A stretch of DNA of 64,000 bases, taken from assembly GCF_047730175.1 (NCBI RefSeq), contig NZ_CP159833.1, forward strand, positions 1,381,144 through 1,445,143. The letters are read 5' to 3'. Position 1 is the first letter of the stretch; each line of letters begins with the position of its first letter. Below are positions 29,496 through 38,674 of the stretch, in pieces. A model generated the notes under the pieces. The model was not told the DNA's origin. It made no database searches and saw only the letters and a program-made list of their open reading frames with translations. Made by a program: the position numbers and the translations under genes. This DNA comes from Candidatus Marifrigoribacter sp. Uisw_064 (GTDB lineage: Bacteria; Bacteroidota; Bacteroidia; Flavobacteriales; Flavobacteriaceae).

Positions 29496-30647
29496 TTGAA
29501 AACCCCTATTTCCATAACTCAATTTAGTTCAGTTTCTGCATTAGGAACTGATGCGAATACCATATGGAATAATTATAAAAATGAAAACACATTTTTTCAG
29601 AAGAAAATTTTTTCAGAAAAAGAACAATGGGTTAGTGTTATTTCTTCAGCAATAGAAGATCAATTAGCTGAATTAAAAAAAGAGAATCCTAAGTATAAAT
29701 ATTTAGACCGAACCGTTTTATTTGCAATCTTAGCGTCTAGAAACCTTTTGAAAAATTCAAATATATCTTCTGAATCCATGGGGATTAATTTAGGATCTTC
29801 TCGAGGAGCAACACAATTATTTGAAGCGCACCATCAAGATTTTCTTGAAACAGGAAAAGTAAAAACGCGAACATCACCTACAACTACCCTAGGGAATATA
29901 GCTTCGTGGGTTGCTCAAGATTTACAATCACAAGGTCCCGTTTTATCACACTCTATAACTTGTGCAACAGCATTACAGTCAGTGATTAATGGCGTTGCGT
30001 GGTTGAAATCTGGAATGGCAGATGCATTTTTAGTGGGAGGAAGTGAAGCGCCACTTACACCTTTTACCATTGCACAAATGGAGGCATTAAAATTATACTC
30101 AAATAAAGAAGGCGACATGCCTTGTGAGAGTATGAATTTTAATAAAAAGAGTAATACTTTAGTGTTAGGTGAAGCTGCTTCAGTTTGTTTATTAGAACGA
30201 GGTGTTTCAGAAAATACAATAGCGATTATTTCGGGGGTAGGATATGCTACAGAACCCTTATCTCATTCAATATCTATCACAACCGATGCTTTGTGCTTTC
30301 AACGTTCCATGAAGATGGCTTTGCAGCATGCAAACCTAGAAACAGTGGATGTATTGGTAATGCATGCGCCAGGAACTGTAAAGGGAGATGTAGCTGAAAA
30401 AAAAGCAATTGACAAAGTTTTTGTAACAAAACCTCCATTCTTAACGACTAATAAATGGAAGATCGGACACACCTTTGGAGCTTCAGGTGCGATGAGCCTA
30501 GAAATGGCACTCTTAATGTTGCAACATCAAGAAGTAATTCACAACCCTTTTTACTTACAAAAAAATATACCAAATAGTATAAATCATATCATGATTAATG
30601 CAGTTGGTTTTGGCGGAAATGCAGTTAGTATTATTGTTTCTAAATAA
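29496..30647 (+). CDS. beta-ketoacyl-ACP synthase family protein (stand-alone; TTG start)
   Basis: 383 aa KAS-like thiolase fold (…GYATEPLSHSIS…, GHTFGASGA). No in-frame ATG lies near the start. Confidence 0.65.
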   Translation: MKTPISITQFSSVSALGTDANTIWNNYKNENTFFQKKIFSEKEQWVSVISSAIEDQLAELKKENPKYKYLDRTVLFAILASRNLLKNSNISSESMGINLGSSRGATQLFEAHHQDFLETGKVKTRTSPTTTLGNIASWVAQDLQSQGPVLSHSITCATALQSVINGVAWLKSGMADAFLVGGSEAPLTPFTIAQMEALKLYSNKEGDMPCESMNFNKKSNTLVLGEAASVCLLERGVSENTIAIISGVGYATEPLSHSISITTDALCFQRSMKMALQHANLETVDVLVMHAPGTVKGDVAEKKAIDKVFVTKPPFLTTNKWKIGHTFGASGAMSLEMALLMLQHQEVIHNPFYLQKNIPNSINHIMINAVGFGGNAVSIIVSK

Positions 30648-30726
30648 GTAAATTAAGTAAAAAGAGTGTTGATATACTTTAATTATTTAGTAAATTACAT
30701 ACGTTTAATAACATAAAAAAAATACA

Positions 30727-31296
30727 ATGGGAGATTGGTTTACTGCCTTAAGTAACTTCGAAAAAGTGTATTGGGTAATTGCCTTAATAGGGTCAGCAAT
30801 TTTTATTATTGTAATGATTATGACCTTGATTGGCGGTGATGTTGATGATTTAGGTGATGTCGATATGGATGTTGAAGGAGACCTTGGAATAGATTTTCAG
30901 TTTTTGTCATTTAAAAATTTAGTTGGGTTCTTTACCATATTTGGATGGTCAGGTGTTGCCTGTATTTCCAAAGGAATGTCACAAGGAGCGACCATAGTAA
31001 TTTCTTTGACTTCCGGATTGATTATGATGACACTCATGGCTACGTTATTTTATTATTTAAGCAAATTAACTAGTAGTGGAAATTTGTTATTAAAAAATGC
31101 TTTAAATGAAATTGGTGAAGTTTACATAACCTTAGGAGCAAATCGTTCTAGTATAGGTAAAATACAAATTAAAGTGCAAGGTTCATTACGTGAATTAGAT
31201 GCTTTAAGTGATGAATCTGAGGATTTAAAACAAGGCACCGTAGTAAAAGTTATGGAAGTGTCGACAAATGGAATGTTAATCGTTAAAAAAATATAA
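30727..31296 (+). CDS. NfeD/YqiJ-like membrane protein (OB-fold) partnered with flotillin
   Basis: TM helices plus a C-terminal beta-rich domain. Lies immediately upstream of the SPFH/flotillin gene. Confidence 0.7.
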   Translation: MGDWFTALSNFEKVYWVIALIGSAIFIIVMIMTLIGGDVDDLGDVDMDVEGDLGIDFQFLSFKNLVGFFTIFGWSGVACISKGMSQGATIVISLTSGLIMMTLMATLFYYLSKLTSSGNLLLKNALNEIGEVYITLGANRSSIGKIQIKVQGSLRELDALSDESEDLKQGTVVKVMEVSTNGMLIVKKI

Positions 31297-31300
31297 CTAT

Positions 31301-32701
31301 ATGAGTATTTATTTTTTACAAGTTGAATCTTTTGCGCCACTTCTAGCTGTTGGATTTGGTATTTTATTTCTCTTTATTGTTATTATATCTTTTATTAGAA
31401 GGTATAAACGCTGTCCTTCCGATCGAATTTTAGTGGTGTATGGTAAAGTAGGAGGTGGACAATCTGCAAAATGTATCCATGGTGGAGCGGCTTTTATTTG
31501 GCCTGTAATTCAAGATTATCAGTTTTTAGATTTAACACCTATTTCTATTGAAGTAAATTTAGTAAATGCCTTGAGTAAGCAAAACATTCGTGTGAATGTT
31601 CCTTCTCGATTTACCATTGGTGTTTCAACTGAACCTGGAATCATGCAAAATGCTGCCGAACGATTATTAGGATTAGGTCAGAATGAAATTCAAGAATTAG
31701 CACAAGAAATTATTTTCGGTCAATTACGTTTGGTGGTTGCCTCAATGGATATTGAAGAAATTAATTCAGATAGAGACAAATTTTTAACCAATATTTCTCA
31801 AAGTGTTGAGTCTGAACTTAAAAAAGTAGGTCTAAAACTAATCAACGTAAACATAACAGATATTGTTGATGAGTCTGGCTACATTGAAGCGTTAGGAAAA
31901 GAGGCTGCAGCACATGCTATAAATGCAGCACGTAAATCGGTTGCTGAAAAAAACAGAGATGGTTCTATTGGAGAAGCAAATGCCGTACAGGATGAACGTA
32001 CTCAAGTTGCAGCAGCAAATGCTCAGGCAGTAGAAGGTGAAAATATCGCCAAAATTAATGTGGCAAACTCAGATTCATTACGTCGTCAAAGAGAAGCTGA
32101 AGCAGAACGTATCGCACTAGCTTCTGAGAAAGTTCAATCTGCGAAAGCACTAGAAGAATCTTATATTGCTGAAAGAGATGCAGAAATCACAAGAGCAGAT
32201 AGAGAGCGAAGTTCTCAAATGGCTGATATTATTGTCCCTGCAGAAATCGATAAAAAGAAAGTTGAGATTGATGCGGAAGCTGAAGCTGAACAAATTAGAA
32301 GAAGAGCTAAAGGAGAGGCAGATGCAATCTTATTTAAAGCACAAGCTGAAGCACAGGGTATTTTAGAAGTATTAACAAAACAAGCAGAAGGATTAGATAA
32401 AATAGTACAGGCTGCAGGCGATAATGCTAAAGATGCGGTATTACTATTGATTGCAGATAAACTTCCAGAATTAGTTAAACTTCAAGCAGAAGCGATTAAG
32501 AACATTAAGATCGATAAGATCACTGTTTGGGAAAATGGCTCTTCACAAGATGGCAAAACAGCTACTTCAAATTTTATCTCAGGAATGTATAAATCGGTGC
32601 CTCCATTGCAAGAAATGTTTAATATGGCAGGAATGGAATTACCTGAATATTTAAAAGGAAAAGATATTCAAAATAGGGGAGAGATTTCAGAAGAAGAATA
32701 G
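31301..32701 (+). CDS. flotillin-like SPFH/band-7 family protein
   Basis: 466 aa. N-terminal TM, SPFH domain, long Ala/Glu-rich coiled coil (EAEAERIALA…). Confidence 0.8.
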   Translation: MSIYFLQVESFAPLLAVGFGILFLFIVIISFIRRYKRCPSDRILVVYGKVGGGQSAKCIHGGAAFIWPVIQDYQFLDLTPISIEVNLVNALSKQNIRVNVPSRFTIGVSTEPGIMQNAAERLLGLGQNEIQELAQEIIFGQLRLVVASMDIEEINSDRDKFLTNISQSVESELKKVGLKLINVNITDIVDESGYIEALGKEAAAHAINAARKSVAEKNRDGSIGEANAVQDERTQVAAANAQAVEGENIAKINVANSDSLRRQREAEAERIALASEKVQSAKALEESYIAERDAEITRADRERSSQMADIIVPAEIDKKKVEIDAEAEAEQIRRRAKGEADAILFKAQAEAQGILEVLTKQAEGLDKIVQAAGDNAKDAVLLLIADKLPELVKLQAEAIKNIKIDKITVWENGSSQDGKTATSNFISGMYKSVPPLQEMFNMAGMELPEYLKGKDIQNRGEISEEE

Positions 32702-32727
32702 TAAATTTGCTAAAATTATAGTTAAAA

Positions 32728-32756
32728 TAGACCTGTATGTAACTCATACAGGTCTA
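32728..32756. promoter_or_regulatory. perfect palindrome TAGACCTGTATG-N5-CATACAGGTCTA between flotillin gene and bioB
   Basis: 11/12-bp perfect arms. It lies 15 bp upstream of the bioB ATG and could be either a terminator for the flotillin gene or an operator. Confidence 0.4.
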
Positions 32757-32770
32757 TATATTAAAAGGAT

Positions 32771-33868
32771 ATGAGCACAATAAAACACAACTGGACCAAA
32801 GAGGAAATTTTAGATATTTATAATAAGCCGCTTATGGAATTATTATATGAAGCTGCTACCGTTCATCGAGAACACCACGATCCAAATTTGGTGCAAGTTT
32901 CAACCTTACTTTCCATAAAAACAGGAGGATGTCCAGAAGATTGTGGTTATTGCCCTCAAGCAGCTCGGTATCATACCGATATTGAAGGAAATGATTTAAT
33001 GAGTGTGCAGCAAGTGAAAGCGCAAGCGTTACAGGCAAAGTCTGGAGGTTCTTCGAGAGTTTGTATGGGAGCTTCATGGAGAAATGTAAAAGATGGTGAG
33101 GAGTTTGATCAAGTATTAGAAATGGTTCGCACCATTAATAAGCTCGATATGGAAGTGTGTTGTACTTTGGGTATGATTACTGAAAACCAAGCACAACGCT
33201 TAGCAGAAGCTGGCCTATATGCCTACAATCATAATTTAGATACTTCAGAAGAGTATTATAAAAAAGTAATTTCTACAAGAGGATACGAAGACCGAATTCA
33301 AACCATTGAGAATGTACGTAAAACAAATATTACTGTATGTTCTGGAGGAATTATTGGTATGGGAGAATCTGTAGAAGATAGAGCAGGAATGTTGGTTTCA
33401 TTATCGACGTTCGATCCTCATCCAGAATCAGTGCCGATTAATGCCTTGGTTCCTGTAGAGGGAACTCCTATGGAGGAACAACAAATTGTTGAAATCTGGG
33501 AAATGATTCGAATGGTAGCAACGGCAAGAATTATAATGCCAAAAACGCAAGTACGATTAAGTGCAGGTAGAACTGAAATGAATCAAGAAGGACAGGCGAT
33601 GTGTTTCTTTGCGGGTGCTAATTCTATTTTTGCTGGAAATAAATTATTGACCACTCCAAATCCAGATATAAATGAGGATATGAAAATGTTCGATGCACTA
33701 GGTTTAATTCCATCGAAACCATTTATCAATATTATGCAACCCGAGACGGTAGAAGCGAAAGATTCGCAATACAAGGATATGGGTGAAAAACCTCGTTGGA
33801 CACGTCCAGATCATAAAATTGAACGTAACGAAGAAGCGAAAGCGAAGTCAAAAGCTGCGGTTAAATAA
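32771..33868 (+). CDS. bioB: biotin synthase (with ~40-aa basic C-terminal extension)
   Basis: Radical-SAM CPEDCGYCPQ motif and BioB-like core. It is separated from bioFDA by 30 kb. Confidence 0.9.
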   Translation: MSTIKHNWTKEEILDIYNKPLMELLYEAATVHREHHDPNLVQVSTLLSIKTGGCPEDCGYCPQAARYHTDIEGNDLMSVQQVKAQALQAKSGGSSRVCMGASWRNVKDGEEFDQVLEMVRTINKLDMEVCCTLGMITENQAQRLAEAGLYAYNHNLDTSEEYYKKVISTRGYEDRIQTIENVRKTNITVCSGGIIGMGESVEDRAGMLVSLSTFDPHPESVPINALVPVEGTPMEEQQIVEIWEMIRMVATARIIMPKTQVRLSAGRTEMNQEGQAMCFFAGANSIFAGNKLLTTPNPDINEDMKMFDALGLIPSKPFINIMQPETVEAKDSQYKDMGEKPRWTRPDHKIERNEEAKAKSKAAVK

Positions 33869-33885
33869 AAGTTATTTTGTCATTC

Positions 33886-34112
33886 TCAGCTTGACTGGGA
33901 ATCTATCATAATAACAGACTGGATCCTGAATCAATCCCCAATCATTTGAGGACGGGCAGGATGACAAAAGAGTTGTCTTTCAGAGGGAAGAATGACCGAA
34001 GAATCTTTTTTATAATTAAGCAGAGATTCCTCATTAGCATTCGGAATGACAAAAAAATTTAAGAAGCATTTGTCTTCCTGAACCAACCTTGTCATCCTGA
34101 ACTTGGTTCAGG
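33886..34112. repeat. interspersed repeat cluster 3: A' rc (33888-33912), D rc interrupted (33921-33970), C (33973-34023), B (34024-34045), D (34088-34112)
   Basis: Module-for-module matches to clusters 1 and 2. The linker TCTATCATAAT.ACA…GGATCCTGAATCAA is shared with cluster 1-right. Confidence 0.8.
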
Positions 34113-34120
34113 ATCTCATC

Positions 34121-35695
34121 TTACTCTTTCACCACTTTTTTAGTAATATCACCTAGCTCTGTTTCAATCTTTACAAACAAAAGGCCACTAGTAAGTTGTG
34201 ATACATCAATGCTATTAAATTGCTCATCTTTTTGAAGCACCAATCTACCTAAGACATCATAAATTTTGATAGATTCTATTTGGGTAGATGAAGTATTATC
34301 TACAATTAAGGTTGTTGAGACAGGATTTGGGAGTAGGGTAATAGACTCATGAGAAAATTCATTTACACCTAAAGTACAATCTTCACTAAATGAAGTCCAA
34401 TCATCAACAATCCAATCTGGATAAGGTGCTAAATCAGGTTCATCTACGTCTATACAAAATAACTCTACATTATCCTGAGTTGCTAAGCCTGTAATATTAG
34501 CATTATTCCCGTTTTTAAGATTTAAAGAAGTTAAAGCATTATTAAACAGAAAAACACTTTCTAATTGAGGATTGTTGCTTAAATCTAATGTTGTTAATTG
34601 ACTATCCCAAGCCGATATTAGTTCTAGATTCACCAAACTAGATACATCTATATTTGTTATCATACTATTTTTAAAATCCAATGATTCTAATAATATATTA
34701 TTTAACAAATCAATTTCTGGAATTAAACTGTCATTAAAGGATAAACCTTTTAAATTAACATTATTACTTGTATTTAATGAAGTTATTAATGTATTGCTAC
34801 AAGAAAATCTTTCTAAAGCAATATTATTAGAAATGTCAATATTTTCAATGTTATTTGAGCTAATTGATACTGTTTTTAATTGTAAATTTTGTGATATATC
34901 AATATTATTTAGATTATTACTTTGAACACTTAATATTTCTAAATTAATATTTTGAGACACATCAATCTCTGAGAGGTTCATATCATATGCCTGTAGCCAA
35001 GTTAAATTAATATTGTTTGTAATATTTAACAATGATATAGGATTGCCATTACACCACAACCATTCTAATTTTACATTTTCTGAGGTATCTAAACTAGTTA
35101 TTTGATGATTATTACAACGTAAATCTTTAAGTTCTTTAAAATATTTAATACCTACTAAGCTATAAATATCTTCTGGAATATTATTCAAGAAAAGATTTGT
35201 CATATTTTCTATTCTATGAGTAAACACCAAATCGTTATTTGCAACATTATCACCAAAACCAAAATCTTCTAAATAATCTTCAAAGACATTATCTGGTATA
35301 TAGGTAGTTGCTGTATTATCATAGGGATAATCAAAAGTAATGGATCCTGTATCATCAAAATTTGTATAAGAACAAGGGGGTAAATTATCGCCATCACCAT
35401 ATAATTCTACAATAATAGTGTAAGTATTATATCCAATAGGTAAACTTAAATCATGTGTTTGTTGGTCAAAAGTTTCTTGGGTAGCAGAAGAATTTAAATA
35501 ACACATTGCAACCGTAATAGTATTGTCTATAGTACTTATAGTAAAATTACTATAGGTAGATAATGTATTGTCATGCACCAACGTATATAAAGCAACTTCA
35601 TTTTCTCCATTGGGTTCTATATAAAAGTTCATAATTTCTTGGCTATAGCTATAGCTTGAAATGAATAAGAAGAATAATAAAGTGAATTTTTTCAT
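34121..35695 (-). CDS. leucine-rich-repeat protein with T9SS C-terminal sorting domain (paralogous ends to 8214..9590)
   Basis: Signal peptide, N-terminal Ig-like region, many LRR units (LxxLDxSxNxxL). CTD …IKIYDVLGRLVLQKDEQF…KKVVKE is ~80% identical to the FG-GAP protein CTD. Confidence 0.75.
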   Translation of the reverse strand: MKKFTLLFFLFISSYSYSQEIMNFYIEPNGENEVALYTLVHDNTLSTYSNFTISTIDNTITVAMCYLNSSATQETFDQQTHDLSLPIGYNTYTIIVELYGDGDNLPPCSYTNFDDTGSITFDYPYDNTATTYIPDNVFEDYLEDFGFGDNVANNDLVFTHRIENMTNLFLNNIPEDIYSLVGIKYFKELKDLRCNNHQITSLDTSENVKLEWLWCNGNPISLLNITNNINLTWLQAYDMNLSEIDVSQNINLEILSVQSNNLNNIDISQNLQLKTVSISSNNIENIDISNNIALERFSCSNTLITSLNTSNNVNLKGLSFNDSLIPEIDLLNNILLESLDFKNSMITNIDVSSLVNLELISAWDSQLTTLDLSNNPQLESVFLFNNALTSLNLKNGNNANITGLATQDNVELFCIDVDEPDLAPYPDWIVDDWTSFSEDCTLGVNEFSHESITLLPNPVSTTLIVDNTSSTQIESIKIYDVLGRLVLQKDEQFNSIDVSQLTSGLLFVKIETELGDITKKVVKE

Positions 35696-35729
35696 AAAAC
35701 AAATGGGGGAGTTTTATAAAGATACAAAT

Positions 35730-36206
35730 TTATTTAATCAACTCCCTCGATTTTTCATAGATGAGGTGGGTTTCCCATCCTCTATAGAGTAAATAATCGA
35801 TAAATTTCTTTCTTTTTTTCTGAAGGTTTTTTTCTGAATCTAATTGGTTAAACCTCTTTTCAGATAAGGTATCAAAAGTACTTAAGTAGTCTGCTTCGCT
35901 AATTTCTTTTAGAGCGAGTCTTATATTGTATTCTGAAATATACCTACTTTTTAATTCAGAAACAATGCGACGTTTCCCCCATTTTTTATGGTTGAATTTA
36001 CCACGGGCAAAAGCTTGTGAAAAACGCGACTCATTTAAGAAATTATGCTGTAGTAAATGACCAATAATGATTTCAGAAGCTTGAGGAATCATTTTCATTT
36101 CTCGAAGTTTCTGCTCTACTTCTTTATGACAACGTTCTTGGTACGCACAATAGCCTTCCATTCTAGTTTGGGCTTCGGCAACCGTGTATGTTTTAGAGGT
36201 ATTCAC
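35730..36206 (-). CDS. recX: regulatory protein RecX
   Basis: 158 aa helical-repeat protein with LREMKMIPQASEII and YLLYRGW motifs typical of RecX. Confidence 0.75.
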   Translation of the reverse strand: MNTSKTYTVAEAQTRMEGYCAYQERCHKEVEQKLREMKMIPQASEIIIGHLLQHNFLNESRFSQAFARGKFNHKKWGKRRIVSELKSRYISEYNIRLALKEISEADYLSTFDTLSEKRFNQLDSEKNLQKKRKKFIDYLLYRGWETHLIYEKSRELIK

Positions 36207-36249
36207 GTGGTGAAATTAAGGATATTTTTATTCATTTACTCGCGTTAGG

Positions 36250-36391
36250 GATTGAAGCGGCATCCTTTTTTGTAAAAAAAAGATATAGCATTTCGACAAC
36301 GCTCAATACGGGCTACAAGCCCGACCGTACTTTTGGAGTACGGAAACGTCCAAAAATAAAAAACCCTCCAAAACATTAAGTTAGGGAGGGT
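36250..36391. repeat. repeat element X copy 1 (GATTGAAGCGGCATCC…AAAAAGATATAGC…CCAAAAATAAAAAACCCTCC) incl. minus-strand terminator for rng
   Basis: Shares ~45 nt of conserved end/internal blocks with 45594-45730. The hairpin CCCTCC/GGAGGG plus T-run on the minus strand sits directly after the rng stop. Confidence 0.6.
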
Positions 36392-36398
36392 TTTATGG

Positions 36399-37943
36399 TT
36401 ATTTAATAGTATCACCTTTCTTATCCAAAAAGTGGTACTCTAGATATGTGTAAGCATCTCTTGGTTGTATTTTCACCCATTTTTTGTGCTCCAAGAACCA
36501 CTTGGCTTGCACAGATGGAAATCCTTTAGTTAAAAAGGCTGCTATAAAAGGATGTGTGTTTAATGTCACCTTTTTATAGTCTTTTTTGAAGAGTTGTTTT
36601 AACTCTTCAGACATTTTGTTTACCAGTACAATTGGAGCTTCAACCTCTTCAGTCTGCCCACCATTAGGGTTTTCTTCTACGGTTTTAATGTTCATTTCAG
36701 GACGTACACGTTGTCTTGTAATTTGAATTAATCCAAATTTACTTGGAGGTAATATTTTGTGTTTTGCTCTATCATCACTCATTTCATCACGAAGATGATT
36801 AAAAAGTGTTTTACGATTATTAGCTGTTGCCAAATCGATAAAATCTACCACTATTATTCCTCCCATATCGCGCAGCCTTAATTGACGTGCTACTTCTGTG
36901 GCGGCTATTAAGTTTACTTCTAATGCGGTGTCCTCTTGATTTTGTGACTTATTACTTCGGTTTCCGCTATTAACGTCTATTACATGCAATGCTTCGGTGT
37001 GTTCTATCACTAAGTAGGTTCCTTTACTACCTGATACAGTTGTACCGAAAGATGTTTTGATTTGACGTTCTATCCCAAATTTTTCAAACATGGGAACTTT
37101 AGAATTATACAACTTAACAATATTCTCTTTCTTAGGTGCAATTTCTTGCACATAATCTTTTATTTGTAAGTATAAAGTTTCATCATCGATATAAATTGAC
37201 GAAAAGGAATCGTTGAAAATATCTCGAATTATAGATGCACCTCTATTTAACTCACTTAACACCTTTGAAGGAAGGTGTGCTCCTCGTAGCTTTTTACACA
37301 TCGCTGTCCAGCGATCCATAAGATTTTGTAAATCTTTATCCAGTTCTGCTACTTTTTTGCCCTCTGCTACTGTACGTATAATAACACCAAATCCTTTAGG
37401 TTTTATACTTGTTACCAAGCGCTTTAATCGCTCTTTTTCTTCTCTAGATTCTATTTTTTGAGAAATAGAAACACGATCTGAAAAAGGAACTAAAACAATA
37501 TAACGTCCGGCTATTGAAAGCTCTGAACTTATTCTTGGTCCTTTAGTGGATATAGGTTCTTTAACGATTTGTACCAAAGTAGATTGATTAGATTTGATCG
37601 CATTTTTAATGCTACCGTTTTTATCAATCTCTTTTTCAAATGGGAAATCTTTTAAAGAATAATCTTTAAGTTTACCTGTGCTTACACTTTTGACGAATTT
37701 CAAAAGGGAAGGGATTTTTGGACCAAGGTCATGATAATGCAAAAATGCATCTTTTTCATATCCTACATTAACAAATGTAGCATTAAGACCAGGAACTACT
37801 TTTCGGGTTTTGGCGATAAACACATCACCTACCGAAAAGTTATTATTCTCTTCTTCTTTATGTAATTCTACTAGTCTTCCATCTTTTAAAAGGGCAAAAT
37901 CAACTTCTTGCGAACTGGATCTAATAAATAATTCGTAGTTCAC
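36399..37943 (-). CDS. rng: ribonuclease E/G family (RNase G-like)
   Basis: 514 aa with N-terminal S1-like domain and a catalytic region matching the Rne/Rng family. Confidence 0.85.
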   Translation of the reverse strand: MNYELFIRSSSQEVDFALLKDGRLVELHKEEENNNFSVGDVFIAKTRKVVPGLNATFVNVGYEKDAFLHYHDLGPKIPSLLKFVKSVSTGKLKDYSLKDFPFEKEIDKNGSIKNAIKSNQSTLVQIVKEPISTKGPRISSELSIAGRYIVLVPFSDRVSISQKIESREEKERLKRLVTSIKPKGFGVIIRTVAEGKKVAELDKDLQNLMDRWTAMCKKLRGAHLPSKVLSELNRGASIIRDIFNDSFSSIYIDDETLYLQIKDYVQEIAPKKENIVKLYNSKVPMFEKFGIERQIKTSFGTTVSGSKGTYLVIEHTEALHVIDVNSGNRSNKSQNQEDTALEVNLIAATEVARQLRLRDMGGIIVVDFIDLATANNRKTLFNHLRDEMSDDRAKHKILPPSKFGLIQITRQRVRPEMNIKTVEENPNGGQTEEVEAPIVLVNKMSEELKQLFKKDYKKVTLNTHPFIAAFLTKGFPSVQAKWFLEHKKWVKIQPRDAYTYLEYHFLDKKGDTIK

Positions 37944-38154
37944 GTGTTATTAATTTTTATCCGTCTCAACCTATTTATAAATAAATAATTATGGGACAGA
38001 TGGATTAAACAATAAATTTCACAGGTTTATACCTATATAAATAGGTATTATTTTAAACCCGTCGAAATTACGCTGTTTTAAGGTATAAAACATTGCAATT
38101 TCATTTTCAAAGAACGATTTTCATTTTCTTATTAAAATAAAAAAGTAGTATGAA

Positions 38155-38244
38155 ACTACTTTTTCTTGTGACGATTAGCGCGTCTTCTTTTCTTACGCTT
38201 ATGTGTCGCTACCTTATGTCTTTTTCTCTTTTTACCGCTTGGCA
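38155..38244 (-). CDS. bTHX-like highly basic 29-aa ribosomal peptide (not in ORF track)
   Basis: Translation MPSGKKRKRHKVATHKRKKRRRANRHKKK with ATG at 38244 and TAG at 38155-38157. Sits directly downstream of the HU gene. Confidence 0.5.
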
Positions 38245-38266
38245 TAGAAATATTATTTAAAAGTTA

Positions 38267-38557
38267 TTATTTTACTTTAACGTTTGTCTTTACTCCTTCT
38301 ACAAATACTTTTGCAGGTTTAAATGCAGGGATATTATGTGCAGGAATTTTAATTGTTGTGTTTTTAGAAATGTTTCTTCCTGTTTTCTCAGCTCTTTTCT
38401 TAACGATAAAACTTCCAAAACCTCTTAAATAAACATTGTCTCCACCTTCTAAAGAAGTTTTAACTTCATTCATAAATGTTTCAACAGTAGCTTGTACATC
38501 ACCCTTTTCAATTCCTAATTTGTCTGAAATTTTAGCTACAATATCTGCTTTAGTCAT
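38267..38557 (-). CDS. HU family DNA-binding protein
   Basis: 96 aa. DKLGIEKGDVQATVETFMNEV… and GFGSF arm motif. Confidence 0.85.
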   Translation of the reverse strand: MTKADIVAKISDKLGIEKGDVQATVETFMNEVKTSLEGGDNVYLRGFGSFIVKKRAEKTGRNISKNTTIKIPAHNIPAFKPAKVFVEGVKTNVKVK

Positions 38558-38674
38558 TATTCAATTTTTTTAAAATTAATTTTTAAATTCAAGATGGCAA
38601 AGATAAGGTTTTTATAATCAAAAAATCAAACCTTAAACCATTAAAATATAAATAGATAAAGCTATTTTAGCTAA

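Noticed and set aside
32166-32366. 66-aa Lys/Glu-rich ORF
   Set aside because: Alternative frame inside the flotillin coiled-coil region, which is a compositional artefact.
36057-36248. 63-aa plus-strand ORF
   Set aside because: Overlaps the recX start region antisense. It reads through repeat element X.
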